DNA of 64,000 nt from Azolla caroliniana (taxonomy: Eukaryota > Plantae > Polypodiophyta). The DNA lies in the NCBI GenBank assembly GCA_043228905.1, contig JBHGNT010000001.1, positions 16,182,001-16,246,000 of the forward strand, in the 5' to 3' direction. The position numbers and the translations under genes were made by a program. The notes beneath the pieces were generated by a model. That model saw only the letters and a list, made by a program, of their open reading frames with translations. It made no database searches and had not been told where the DNA came from. Positions 1 through 10,222 of this stretch are shown here, in pieces. Within the stretch, counting starts at the first letter, position 1; each line of letters starts with the position of its first letter.

Positions 1-2
1 GT

Positions 3-2444
3 TTGATCATCTATTTGGATGATCTACTGGTTTATTTGAAGACCCAAGAAGAGCATGATTCTAATGTACTATTAGTACTAAAACGACTTCGAGAACATAG
101 TCTTTATGCAAAGCTGGAAAAATGTAGTTTTGGGTGCAACCAGGTGGAATTTCTAGGCTATGTCATTTCCTTGGAAGGCATCTCCATGGACCCAGCTAAG
201 GTCAAAACTGTGGTAGAGTGGCAGAATCCGCGTTTGGTGTGAGATGTGCAATGCTTTTTAGGCTTTGCCAATTTTTATCGGAAGTTCATACAGGATTACT
301 CAAAGCTCGTTCTGCCTCTCACACAGCTTACCAGGAAGGGACAATCGTTCATTTGGTCTAAAGAAGCGGATATGGCTTTCGAGAGTCTTAAAAATGCATT
401 CACATCGGCTCCAATTCCAGCTCATGTCGATCTGGAAAAACCAATCATTATCGAAGCAGACGCATCGGATTTCGCATTGGGGAGCATTCTGTCACAACGG
501 GGTAATGATGAGAAGCTACATCCTGTGGCTTTTCACTCACGCAAGTTTGATGCCACCGAAATCAACTACGAAATTCATGATAAGGAGCTATTGGCAATAG
601 TGGACTCTTTTACGCAATGGAGGCATTTTCTAGAGGGATCCTCTCATCAAGTCACCGTATTTAGTGACCACAAAAACCTTGCCTACTTTCAGGAGGCTCG
701 TGTGTTAGATCGACGTCAAGCTCGGTGGGCCCACTTCCTCACGCGTTTCGACTTCAAAATTACATATCGTCCAAGGAAGCACCAAGGGAAGGCAGGTGCA
801 TTATCACGAAGTTCGTACCTAGCACCGCGTTCCGGCGAGCCATCTTTTGATAACCAAAAGCAAGTAATCTTGGGACCGACACGACTGCAAGCAACACAGG
901 TCGTTGGCATGCCAATGGATTCCCACGTTATCTATACTATACGTGAGGACTTGAAGACCAATGCTTTCACCCAAGCCATTCTAGCACAAATTGATCCCTC
1001 TCGAGCATCTTGTTCACAATCGCAACCACCAGGTATGGACTATCGGCAATTCAAATACCATGATGGATTACTATTCTTTAATGAACTCTTGTATGTTCCT
1101 AATGGTTCTTGCCGCCTTCGAGTAGTCCAAAATTGTCATGACACATATACAGTTGGGCATGTTGGTAGTACTAAAACATTAGATTTAGTACAACGATAAT
1201 TTTGGTGGCCCCGTATGCGACAATTTGTCGAAGATTTTGTTCGGACTTGTGATACATGCTGTAGAGCAAAAATGCCAAGGCATCATCCATATGGTTTATT
1301 AGAACCATTACCAATTCCAAGCAAGCCGTGGCAATCCATTGCTCTAGACTTCATCACAGATCTTCCAGTCTCTAAGGGGTTCAATGCGATTCTAATAGTC
1401 GTAGATCGATATACGAAGATGGCTCATTTCTTGCCATGTACTAAGGAAATATCCAATGAAGAAACCGCTGAAATTGTCATGCGTGAAGTATGTCGATATC
1501 ATGGCCTTCCCGATAGTATCATCAACGACCATGGACCCCAGTTCGTATCGAAATTCTGGAAGCACCTTTTTAAAATGCTCAAGGTCACGTGTAACCTCTC
1601 CTCCGGCTACCACCCACAAACGGATGGCCAAGCAGAACGAACAAATCAAACATTGGAGGAGTATCGTCGGTGCTTTCTAAGCTATCATCAGGATGACTGG
1701 GTAGATATTCTCCACTTCACCGAATTTGCCTACAATAACTCTGTCCGCGCATCGACTAAAGTTATGCCATTTTATGCTTATACGGGTTCTCACCCCCGGT
1801 GGTGTGTATTTGAAACCCTAGAATTGTTCACAAATCCTTGCGTAGAGGATCATTTAGAGCGGTTACGCAAGATACAAGCCGATTTATCTACTCATCTGCA
1901 ACAAGCTCAACAAACACACAAGGTTTACGTGGATCGGTATCGACTTCCATCCAGTTTTAACATTGGAGATCGGGTATGGCTACTACGAAGACACATCAAG
2001 ACTACTTGCCCATGCGAGAAGTTGGATTATCGGCGATTAGGTCCTTTCCGTATTATAGGAAAGATTAATGATGTCGCTTTTCGTCTCGATCTACCTCCGC
2101 AACTTCGGATACATCCGGTGTTTCATAGTTCTCTCCTCGAACCCTATCAAGAGAACACCATCCTAGTATGTATTACACAACCTCCACCCCCGATCGAGCT
2201 TGAAGATGGACCTAAGTACGAGGTTGCCGCCATCCTTGATTCCAAGATTGTTCGCAACAAGCTCTACTATCTAGTCGATTCACTAGGATATAGTCCCAAC
2301 GAGCGTACTTGGGAACCGATAGAGAATGTGACCAATGCTCGTGCTCTTCTTGAAGACTTCCATTGTCAATATCCAGACAAATCGGGTCCTCAATCCAAAA
2401 TGACTCGTGACACTCGTCGTTTTAAAAGGGGGATAATGTCATGA
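3..2444 (+). pseudogene. pol: pol (RT-RNaseH-IN-chromodomain) with in-frame stops
   Basis: ORFs 3-242, 246-1199 and 1215-2444 share one frame, split by TGA (240-242) and TAA (1197-1199); closely similar to the intact pol at 3821-7378. Confidence 0.92.
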
Positions 2445-2732
2445 TATGGCAATACTTAAACCCATGACCTTATGCTACATGGGTCGAGCTCTTGACCATT
2501 AGACCATACATTGTAATACGTAGAATATTATTTTCATTTATGTTTTATTATAGAAAATTGATGTATATTCTAGATTTCTCTGGAACATTCTAGAAACTTT
2601 AGGAGTATTCCTCAGAACACTATAAAAGGAGGCACAAGGCATTATTTCGAACCAAATCGGTTCAACGCTAGTCTTAAGCCTCATGGCTACTACTGTACAT
2701 TCTCTTTACATATTATACATCTTTTCTTATCA

Positions 2733-2767
<35 letters not shown>

Positions 2768-2868
2768 ACGTACATTCCCTTTCCTTCTCTCGAGAGTTCT
2801 TCACCTTTCTTAGCACTAATAGTTCTTTTAGTTCTAATTCTTTCTCTGTCTTAGTACTGTTCCTGACA
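2437..2868 (+). repeat. 3' LTR, Tcn1-like family
   Basis: TG...CA ends, TATAAAA, (CT)n tract; homologous to LTRs at 25390, 28117, 38227 and 52943. Confidence 0.9.
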
Positions 2869-2873
2869 GGGAG

Positions 2874-3075
2874 TGTCGAATACGAGTGTATAATGGCCGT
2901 ATTCACACTGTCCCTTTGGACAGCCCAAGTTTGGGCTATTTCTGTAAATAGCATAAAGGGCAGTTGCCCTAGGATAGTCACTATATAAAGTGACTTTATA
3001 ACCTTTAGTAAAGGTCGGTTATCATTTGTAACTGTTGCTATTAAGAAATAAAACTTTTCTTTGTGCCTATCTCTC
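2874..3075 (+). repeat. Ty1/copia 3' LTR, 5' half (split by the LINE; right end approximate)
   Basis: Starts TGTCGAATAC after PPT remnant GGGAG; matches the reverse complement of LTRs 24910-25201 and 34400-34705 up to their (CT)n tract. Confidence 0.8.
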
Positions 3076-3190
3076 TCTCTCTGTCTCCCTCTCTGTCTGT
3101 CTCTCTCTGTGTAATGGCTCTCTTTGTCGTTGTTGTCGCTGTCGTCGTCGTCGTCGCCGTCGTCTGCAGCCGCTGCAATCGTCGCCGTCT

Positions 3191-3225
<35 letters not shown>

Positions 3226-3371
3226 TCCTCGTCTCTGTGTAACGGCTCTCTCTGCCGTTGCTGTCGCCGTTTAGTGTCGTCGCCGTCGTCTACAGCCGCT
3301 GCCTACTGCCAACTGTTGCTGTCGTCGTCCGACGACTACCGTTGTCTGCGGCCGTCGCCGTCTGCTACCGT

Positions 3372-3828
3372 TGTCAGGAACTCTATTAAGGCAGAGAAGG
3401 AATTAGTACTAAAAGAAGGATTAGTACTATTGTTGGGGAATAGTACTAAGACAGAGAAGGATTAGTACTATGAGAGGTGTCGAACTTTGAGAGAAGGAAT
3501 GAGTGAGTGAGAGAGTGAGAGAGAGAGAGAGAGAATGATGATGCGAAAGATATATGTATTATATGACGGAAGATATACAACAGTAGTTAGAAGGCTTAAG
3601 ACTGGCGTTGAACCGATTTGGTTCGAACTAATGCCTTGCCCCTCCTTTTATAGTGTCTTCAGGAATACTCCTGAAGTTTCTAGAATGTTCCAGAGAAATC
3701 TGGAATATACATCAATTTCCTAATAAAACCTAAATGAAAATAATATCCTTCAAATTACAACTCATAACCTAATGGTAAAGTCTCGACCCGTGTAACAAAA
3801 GGTTATGGGTTCGAGTCTAGTTATGACA
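3372..3828 (-). repeat. 3' LTR (457 bp)
   Basis: TGTCA...TGACA ends; direct repeat of 8663-9119. Confidence 0.96.
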
Positions 3829-6800
3829 CTATCCCCCCTTTAAAACGACGAGTTTCACGAGTCGTTTTGGATTGAGGACCCGGTTTCTCGGGATATCGTC
3901 GATGGAAGTCTTCTAGAAGAGCACGAGCATTGGTCACATTCTCGATCGGTTCCCAAGTACGCTCGCTGGGACTATATCCTAGCCAATCGACTAGATAGTA
4001 GAGCTTGTTGCAAACAATCTTGGAATCGAGGATGGCAGCGACCTCATACTCAGGTCCATCTTCGAGCTCGATAGGAGGTGGAGGTTGTATAGTACGTCCT
4101 GGGATAGTGCTCTCGTGATAGGGTTCGAGGAGAGAACTATGAAACACCGGGTGTATCCGAAGTTGCGGAGGTAGCTCGAGACGAAAAGCGACATCATTAA
4201 TCTTCCCGATAATACGGAAAGGACCTAATCGTCGATAATCCAACTTCTCACATGGGCGAGTAGTCTTGATGTGTCGTCGTAGCAGCCACACCCGATCTCC
4301 AATGTTAAAACTGGATGGAAGTCGATGACGATCTGCGTAGTCCTTGTGTGATTGTTGAGCTTGCTGGAGTTGAGTAGATAAATCCGCTTGTATCTTGCGT
4401 AACCGCTCCAAACGATCCTCCGCGCAAGGATTTGTGGACACTTCTGGGGTTTCAAGGACACACCACCGGGGATGATATCCCGTATAAGCGTAGAATGGCG
4501 TGACTTTAGTCGATGCGTGGATAGCGTTATTATAGGCAAATTCGGCGAACTGAAGAATATCTGCCCAGTCATTCTGATGATAGTTGAGAAAGCACCGCAG
4601 ATACTGCTCCAGTGTTTGATTTGTTCGTTCGGCTTGACCGTCGGTTTGTGGGTGGTAGCCGGAGGAGAGGTTACAAGTGACCTTCAGCATTTTAAAAAGG
4701 TGCTTCCAGAATTTTGACACAAACTGGGGTCCACGATCGCTGATGATATTATCAGGGAGTCCATGATGCCGACATACTTCCCGCATGACAATTTCGGCGG
4801 TGTCTTCACTAGATATTTCTTTAGTACATGGTAAGAAATGAGCCATCTTCGTATATCGATCCACCACTGTGAGAATCGCACTGAATCCCTTAGAGACTGG
4901 AAGATCTGTAATGAAGTCAAGAGCAATGGATTGCCATGGCTTGCTTGGAATTGGTAATGGTTCTAATAAACCATATGGATGATGTCTTGGCATTTTCGCT
5001 CTGCAGCATGTATCGCAAGTCCGAACAAAATCTTCGACAAATTGTCGCATACGGGGCCACCAGAATGATCGTTGTACTAAATCTAATGTTTTAGTACTAC
5101 CAAAATGTCCTGCTGTATATGTGTCATGGCAGTTTTGTACTACTCGAAGGCGGCAAGAACCATTAGGAACATACAAAAGTTCTTTAAAGAAGAGTAATCC
5201 ATCACAGTATTTGAATTGCCGATAATCCGTACCTGGTGATTGTGATTGTGAACATGACGCTCGAGAGGGGTCAATTTGTGCTAGTATAGCTTGGGCGAAA
5301 GCGTCAGTCTTCAAGTCCTCACGTATAGTATTGGTAATGTCGGAATCCACGGGCATGTCAAAGATCTGTGCTGCTTGCAGTCGTGCTGGACCCAAGATTA
5401 CTTGCTTCTGGTTATCGAAAGCTGGCTCACCGGGACGTGGTGTTAGATACGAACGCCGTGATAATGCATCTGCCTTCCCTTGGTGCTTCCCCGGACGATA
5501 TGTAATTTTGAAGTCGAAGCGTGTGAGGAAGTGGGCCCACCGAGCTTGACGTCGATTCAGTACACGAGCATCTTGAAAGTAGGCAAGGTTCTTGTGGTCA
5601 CTGAATACAGTGACCTGATGAGGAGATCCCTCCAGGAAATGCCTCCATTGCATAAAAGAATCAACTATTGCTAATAGCTCTTTATCATGAATTTCGTAGT
5701 TGATTTCGGCGGCGTCAAACTTACGGGAGTGGAAAGCCACAGGATGTAGCTTCTCGTCGTTACCCTGTTGTGACAGAATGCTCCCCAATGCGAAATCCGA
5801 TGCATCAGCTTCGATAATGAATGGTTTTTCCGGATCCACATGACCTAAAATTGGAGCTGATGTAAACGCCTTCTTAAGACTCTCGAAAGCCATGTCCGTC
5901 TCTTTAGACCAAATGAATGATTGTCCCTTCCTGGTGAGCTGTGTGAGAGGCAGCACAATTTTTGAGTAATTTTGTATGAACTTCCGGTAGAAATTTGCAA
6001 AGCCTAGGAAGCATTGCACATCCCGCACCGAACGCGGAGTGTGCCATTCTATCACCGTTTTGACCTTGGCTGGGTCCATAGATATGCCTTCTGAGGAGAT
6101 GACATAGCCGAGAAACTCCACTTGGTTGCACCCGAAACTACATTTCTCTAATTTTGCATACAGACCATGTTCTCGAAGTCGTTTTAGTACTAATAGTACA
6201 TGAGAATCATGTTCTTCTTGGGTCTTTGAATAAACCAGTAGATCATCCAAATAGATGATCAAAAAATCATCCAAGAGATCTCGAAATATATCATTCGCCA
6301 TGTGCTGGAAGACTGCCGGCGCATTAGTGAGTCCGAACGGCATGACCGTATACTCGAAGTGCCCATATCTGGTGCGAAACGCGGTCTTCCATTCATCTCC
6401 TGGTCGGATCCGTACGAGGTTATAGGCTCCTCGTAAGTCGATCTTCGTGAAGAACCTGGCACCGTTGATCCGTTCTAAAAGACTTGAGATAAGGGGAAGA
6501 GCATACCTATTTCTTACTGTGACCTTATTCAAGCCACGGTAATCTACAACGAGTCGAAGCGAGCCATCTTTTTTCTTGACGAAGAAAATGGGTGCGCCGG
6601 CTGGAGATTTCGAATGCCGAATGAAACCGTTCTCCAAATTCTCCTCTATATAGGCTCGAAGGACTTCTAGCTCGGTTGGTGACAAATTGTAGATCGGCCC
6701 CCATGGCGGCTCTTTTCCCGGTTGTAAGTCGATGGCGCAGTCGTACGGCCGATGATGAGGAAGTGTGTTGGCTTGTACTTTATCGAACACATCAGCATAC

Positions 6801-7417
6801 TGACGATACTTCTCGGGAAGTTGAACGGTGGACTCCTCTTTGGTGGTGCTGGAGGGTTGTACTGATATTGCAAAGAGAAACATTTCCTCCTTGCGCCCTT
6901 CCTCACGCAACTGACGTAGCGAAATGGTTGCAACCTTCTGGGTAGATCCTTGGGTTTGTCGCAACCGGATTTCCCTTGTCCTCCAATCTATGTCTGGGTC
7001 ATGTAACTCGAACCATGGTAATCCTAAAACTATGGGATGTTCTGGAATACTAATAATATTAAATGATACTACACATGTTAAGTTATCTAGGACAATATTA
7101 ACGGGTTCCGACTCTTCTATGATATTACCAGAAGCAATGGGACGACCATCAATGACTACTACTGAGGCTGGACATGGGAGCTTTCTGAGAGATATCTGAT
7201 GAGCTCGGGCAAAATTCCTATCCATGAAGCAAGAATTAGCTCCGGAATCTAGAAGGGCTAAGGTATGTACTGGAGGGGTACTTTTAGTACTAACTGCTAC
7301 TTGGACTACGAACACATCACTAACTTGCTTAGAGGGAATGGAACCACTAATGGGCTGCACAGATCTAGGGCTGTCCAACCAAACGGCTCCTATTTTGGCT
7401 GGACTTAGTCGTTTAAC
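3821..7417 (-). CDS. pol: Pol polyprotein (PR-RT-RNaseH-IN-chromodomain), probably reached by -1 frameshift from gag
   Basis: 1185-aa open ORF (3821-7378) with LLDSGA, YLDD, DASDFALG, H-H-C-C and D,D,E integrase motifs, GPF motif, chromodomain EYEVAAILD...YLVDWLGY...TWEP; the frame stays open back to the slippery site at 7411-7417; the stop codon lies inside the 3' LTR. Confidence 0.96.
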   Translation of the reverse strand, partial: VKRLSPAKIGAVWLDSPRSVQPISGSIPSKQVSDVFVVQVAVSTKSTPPVHTLALLDSGANSCFMDRNFARAHQISLRKLPCPASVVVIDGRPIASGNIIEESEPVNIVLDNLTCVVSFNIISIPEHPIVLGLPWFELHDPDIDWRTREIRLRQTQGSTQKVATISLRQLREEGRKEEMFLFAISVQPSSTTKEESTVQLPEKYRQYADVFDKVQANTLPHHRPYDCAIDLQPGKEPPWGPIYNLSPTELEVLRAYIEENLENGFIRHSKSPAGAPIFFVKKKDGSLRLVVDYRGLNKVTVRNRYALPLISSLLERINGARFFTKIDLRGAYNLVRIRPGDEWKTAFRTRYGHFEYTVMPFGLTNAPAVFQHMANDIFRDLLDDFLIIYLDDLLVYSKTQEEHDSHVLLVLKRLREHGLYAKLEKCSFGCNQVEFLGYVISSEGISMDPAKVKTVIEWHTPRSVRDVQCFLGFANFYRKFIQNYSKIVLPLTQLTRKGQSFIWSKETDMAFESLKKAFTSAPILGHVDPEKPFIIEADASDFALGSILSQQGNDEKLHPVAFHSRKFDAAEINYEIHDKELLAIVDSFMQWRHFLEGSPHQVTVFSDHKNLAYFQDARVLNRRQARWAHFLTRFDFKITYRPGKHQGKADALSRRSYLTPRPGEPAFDNQKQVILGPARLQAAQIFDMPVDSDITNTIREDLKTDAFAQAILAQIDPSRASCSQSQSPGTDYRQFKYCDGLLFFKELLYVPNGSCRLRVVQNCHDTYTAGHFGSTKTLDLVQRSFWWPRMRQFVEDFVRTCDTCCRAKMPRHHPYGLLEPLPIPSKPWQSIALDFITDLPVSKGFSAILTVVDRYTKMAHFLPCTKEISSEDTAEIVMREVCRHHGLPDNIISDRGPQFVSKFWKHLFKMLKVTCNLSSGYHPQTDGQAERTNQTLEQYLRCFLNYHQNDWADILQFAEFAYNNAIHASTKVTPFYAYTGYHPRWCVLETPEVSTNPCAEDRLERLRKIQADLSTQLQQAQQSHKDYADRHRLPSSFNIGDRVWLLRRHIKTTRPCEKLDYRRLGPFRIIGKINDVAFRLELPPQLRIHPVFHSSLLEPYHESTIPGRTIQPPPPIELEDGPEYEVAAILDSKIVCNKLYYLVDWLGYSPSERTWEPIENVTNARALLEDFHRRYPEKPGPQSKTTRETRRFKGGIVS
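3829..3845 (-). promoter_or_regulatory. Polypurine tract
   Basis: Sense sequence TTTAAAGGGGGGATAG immediately before the 3' LTR. Confidence 0.9.
7365..7417 (-). promoter_or_regulatory. Putative -1 ribosomal frameshift signal (GUUAAAC plus stem/pseudoknot)
   Basis: Heptamer at 7411-7417, 6-nt spacer, 11-bp stem 7394-7404/7373-7383; conserved in the copy at 39866-39920. Confidence 0.75.
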
Positions 7418-8574
7418 TCTTCTTCTAATTGGCTAAGGACATCAAATTTGTTTGCGAGATTCGGACTATTAGTACTATTAGGACTATTATGACTATGAGG
7501 ATTATCAGAGATTCCTACTGACATAGACTCGGGTTTAGTATAGTCAGAACTAACAATGACTTGGTTTACCTGCCTTCTTGGTCTATGGGGACAGTTTATC
7601 GCGATATGCCCTGGTCCACCGCAATAAAGGCATAATCGGTTTGTTCGGCGTCGTTGCTTTTCCTCCTCCGATAGCGGCCCACGACGACGTGTAGTGTCAA
7701 TTTCCATTGGAGTTGGAGTACTTACTGGAGGCGCATTATGTGACTCCCTTTGAAAAGGTTTCGCTACCACTGAGGCATAGGTAGGCTCGGATCTTGCCCT
7801 CGGCATCTGAAATTGTCGTTCCGAACGTCGCTCGAAGAGGCGGTTGTCACATCTGACCGCTCGACTGATTGCTTCTGTTAATGATTTTGGCTCTTCAGGG
7901 AAAGTCAAGAGTAAATCCTTGACATCGTTGCGTAGACCATAGCGGAACTGCTCCATCAATGCTTGATCATCCCAGGGGATATCGGCGGCGAGTAGGCGGA
8001 AATCTGCAGCATATGCGGAGGCTGGACGGTCACCTTGGCGTAATCGCCGGATTTTGTTGATTGCAGTCCTTATGCTGTCAGTATCTCCAAAACATGCTTT
8101 AAACTCACTTATGAATTCTTCAAAATTATTTAGTACTGGAGATTCCTTTTCTAGTAGCGGAGCGAACCATGCTAATGCTGAGCCATTTAACAACGTGCCT
8201 ACTAAACCCACTCGTGATGCATCGGTGGGATATCGGGACGGATGCATTTGAATAACTAACCGTACCTGGTTAAGAAACCCTCTAAACTGCGATCGCGTTC
8301 CATCGAACTTCGTGGGAAGGCCAATCTTGGGTTCTTTATGAATCCCTTGTGCTCCGTGCCCTTGTTGTTGCATTGCTACGATGGTTGCTTCGAGTTGTTG
8401 CACGCGTAACGCAAGTTCCCCATGCTGTTGTTGCGTTTGCTGCTTTTCTAAGGAAATTTGCTGAAGATCCCCCAACAAGCGTTGATTTTCTTGTTCCAAA
8501 GCATGAAACTTCTCTTTCAAGCATTGAAATTCCGAGAAAACGGATTGATACTCTTCAGCGCTAACGGTGGCCAT
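7405..8574 (-). CDS. gag: Gag (coiled coil, capsid, CCHC zinc knuckle)
   Basis: 389-aa ORF with PTKFDG, LRQG, PMEID and CLYCGGPGHIAINC. Confidence 0.95.
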   Translation of the reverse strand: MATVSAEEYQSVFSEFQCLKEKFHALEQENQRLLGDLQQISLEKQQTQQQHGELALRVQQLEATIVAMQQQGHGAQGIHKEPKIGLPTKFDGTRSQFRGFLNQVRLVIQMHPSRYPTDASRVGLVGTLLNGSALAWFAPLLEKESPVLNNFEEFISEFKACFGDTDSIRTAINKIRRLRQGDRPASAYAADFRLLAADIPWDDQALMEQFRYGLRNDVKDLLLTFPEEPKSLTEAISRAVRCDNRLFERRSERQFQMPRARSEPTYASVVAKPFQRESHNAPPVSTPTPMEIDTTRRRGPLSEEEKQRRRTNRLCLYCGGPGHIAINCPHRPRRQVNQVIVSSDYTKPESMSVGISDNPHSHNSPNSTNSPNLANKFDVLSQLEEELND

Positions 8575-8647
8575 GGGATGAAGGAAAAGGGAAATAAGAG
8601 ACTAGTAGGAAAGGAGAGAGACAGAAGGAAGAGGGAGACTAGTAGGG

Positions 8648-8660
8648 CAAATCGGTTCAA
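8648..8660 (-). promoter_or_regulatory. Self-priming-type primer-binding site (not tRNA-complementary)
   Basis: Sense TTGAACCGATTTG, 2 nt after the 5' LTR; exact complement of LTR positions 8899-8911. Confidence 0.85.
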
Positions 8661-8662
8661 AC

Positions 8663-9119
8663 TGTCAGGAACTCTATTAAGGCAGAGAAGGAATTAGTAC
8701 TAAAAGAAGGATTAGTACTATTGTTGGGGAATAGTACTAAGACAGAGAAGGATTAGTACTATGAGAGGTGTCGAACTTTGAGAGAAGGAATGAGTGAGTG
8801 AGAGAGAGAGAGAGAGAGAGAGAGAATGATGATGCGAAAGATATATGTATTATATGACGGAAGATATACAACAGTAGTTAGAAGGCTTAAGACTGGCGTT
8901 GAACCGATTTGGTTCGAACTAATGCCTTGCCCCTCCTTTTATAGTGTCTTCAGGAATACTCCTGAAGTTTCTAGAATGTTCCAGAGAAATCTGGAATATA
9001 CATCAATTTCCTAATAAAACCTAAATGAAAATAATATCCTTCAAATTACAACTCATAACCTAATGGTAAAGTCTCGACCCGTGTAACAAAAGGTTATGGG
9101 TTCGAGTCTAGTTATGACA
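8663..9119 (-). repeat. 5' LTR (457 bp)
   Basis: Direct repeat of 3372-3828; TATAAAA on the minus strand at 8937-8943. Confidence 0.96.
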
Positions 9120-9402
9120 ACCGTCTGCAACCGTCCTCTGCCGTCTGTTTCCGTCCTTTGCCATCGTCTACTGTTTGCTGCCGTCGTTTGACGACTGCCG
9201 CCGTCACCGTCGCCGTCGTGGGGTGTTTCTTCTCCGTTTTCTCTTGACGTTGTGAAGTGCCATTTTCTTGACGAGTTCGTGGGTGGGTTCTTTTGGTGTG
9301 CTCGTCGTGTGCTACAAAATGCCGATGTGATTGTGACATACACACAAACTCGGCTAAGTCTCGAACCCATTTATTTTACCTTTTTTTCTTATTGACACCA
9401 CA

Positions 9403-10216
9403 ATGACGTCTAAACGAACTAAGGAACATAAGGATATACAAGACGAGGCTATAAGTAAGGAGGACTTTTTAGATATGTTTAATTGTTTAACAAAAATAGA
9501 GATGGATATGAAAAAATGGGTGAAAGACACCGAAACCCACAAGAAAAAAGATAGAGAGGAAAAAGACGCCCTCATGACCGAAATAGAACAACTTAAAGTG
9601 GAAAACACCGACCTTAAAAAACAACTTAAGGACATCGAGGTATCTCGAGAAGATGGTGAAATATCCTCTATAGAGGATATAAAGGACGAAATTAAAAAAG
9701 TTAAAGAGGAAGTTAATAATAACATAAAGTTAGCTAAAACGGGTTGGGTAGATGTGGTTAAAAGAAACATTAAAAAAGAAATAAAAGATGAAAATATTTT
9801 TTAATACCACCCTTGAAGAAGAGAAAATGCGTCAGGCTCGACGCTTAAATGTACGTGTCACTGGGCTCAAGGAAGGTGCATCCCCAAATGAGGACGCACA
9901 AACACTTGGGAAAATGTTAGGGTACACAGAGGCCCTACCTATCACCAAAGCATGGAGGGCCGGGCGTGACACAACTAGGAAGAGAGCCTTAGTCCTTCAA
10001 TTTAAAGACTTAGACTCTAGAATCACTTTCTTTAAGAAGAGACCAATCCTTCGAGGAATGGGTGGGGACCCCATCTATCTCGATGAAGACCTCACTAAGA
10101 TGCAAATTGAGCATCGCAAGAGTTGTATGCCACGAGTTATGCAAGCTCATAAAGAAGGCCATTGCGCCTTTTACCGAGACAGGCGAGTGATCATAAATGA
10201 TCACACTACTAATTGA
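9403..10216 (+). pseudogene. LINE ORF1 (coiled coil plus RRM-like domain), one frameshift near 9797
   Basis: K/E-rich coiled coil, then RRLNVRVTGLKE...RAGR...LVLQF...IYLDEDLT, typical of LINE ORF1 RRM regions. Confidence 0.8.
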
Positions 10217-10222
10217 CGGCGT

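Larger units (their letters stand above)
1..2868 (+). mobile_element. Ty3/gypsy chromovirus (Tcn1-like), 3' part with 3' LTR; 5' part lies outside the window
   Basis: RT (YLDD), RNase H (DASDFALG), integrase and chromodomain in one frame; PPT AAAAGGGGGATAA at about 2424-2436; LTR TGTCATGA...CCTGACA at 2437-2868. Confidence 0.93.
3372..9119 (-). mobile_element. Intact Ty3/gypsy chromovirus (Tcn1-like) LTR retrotransposon
   Basis: TSD ACCGT at 3367-3371 and 9120-9124; 457-bp LTRs at 3372-3828 and 8663-9119, one difference seen (in the GA tract); uninterrupted gag and pol; PPT next to the 3' LTR. Confidence 0.97.

Noticed and set aside
3035-3723. Short ORFs over microsatellites and LTR (also 2683-2988 and 8826-9014)
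   Set aside because: They are low-complexity translations of (CT)n/(GTC)n or LTR sequence with no protein motifs.
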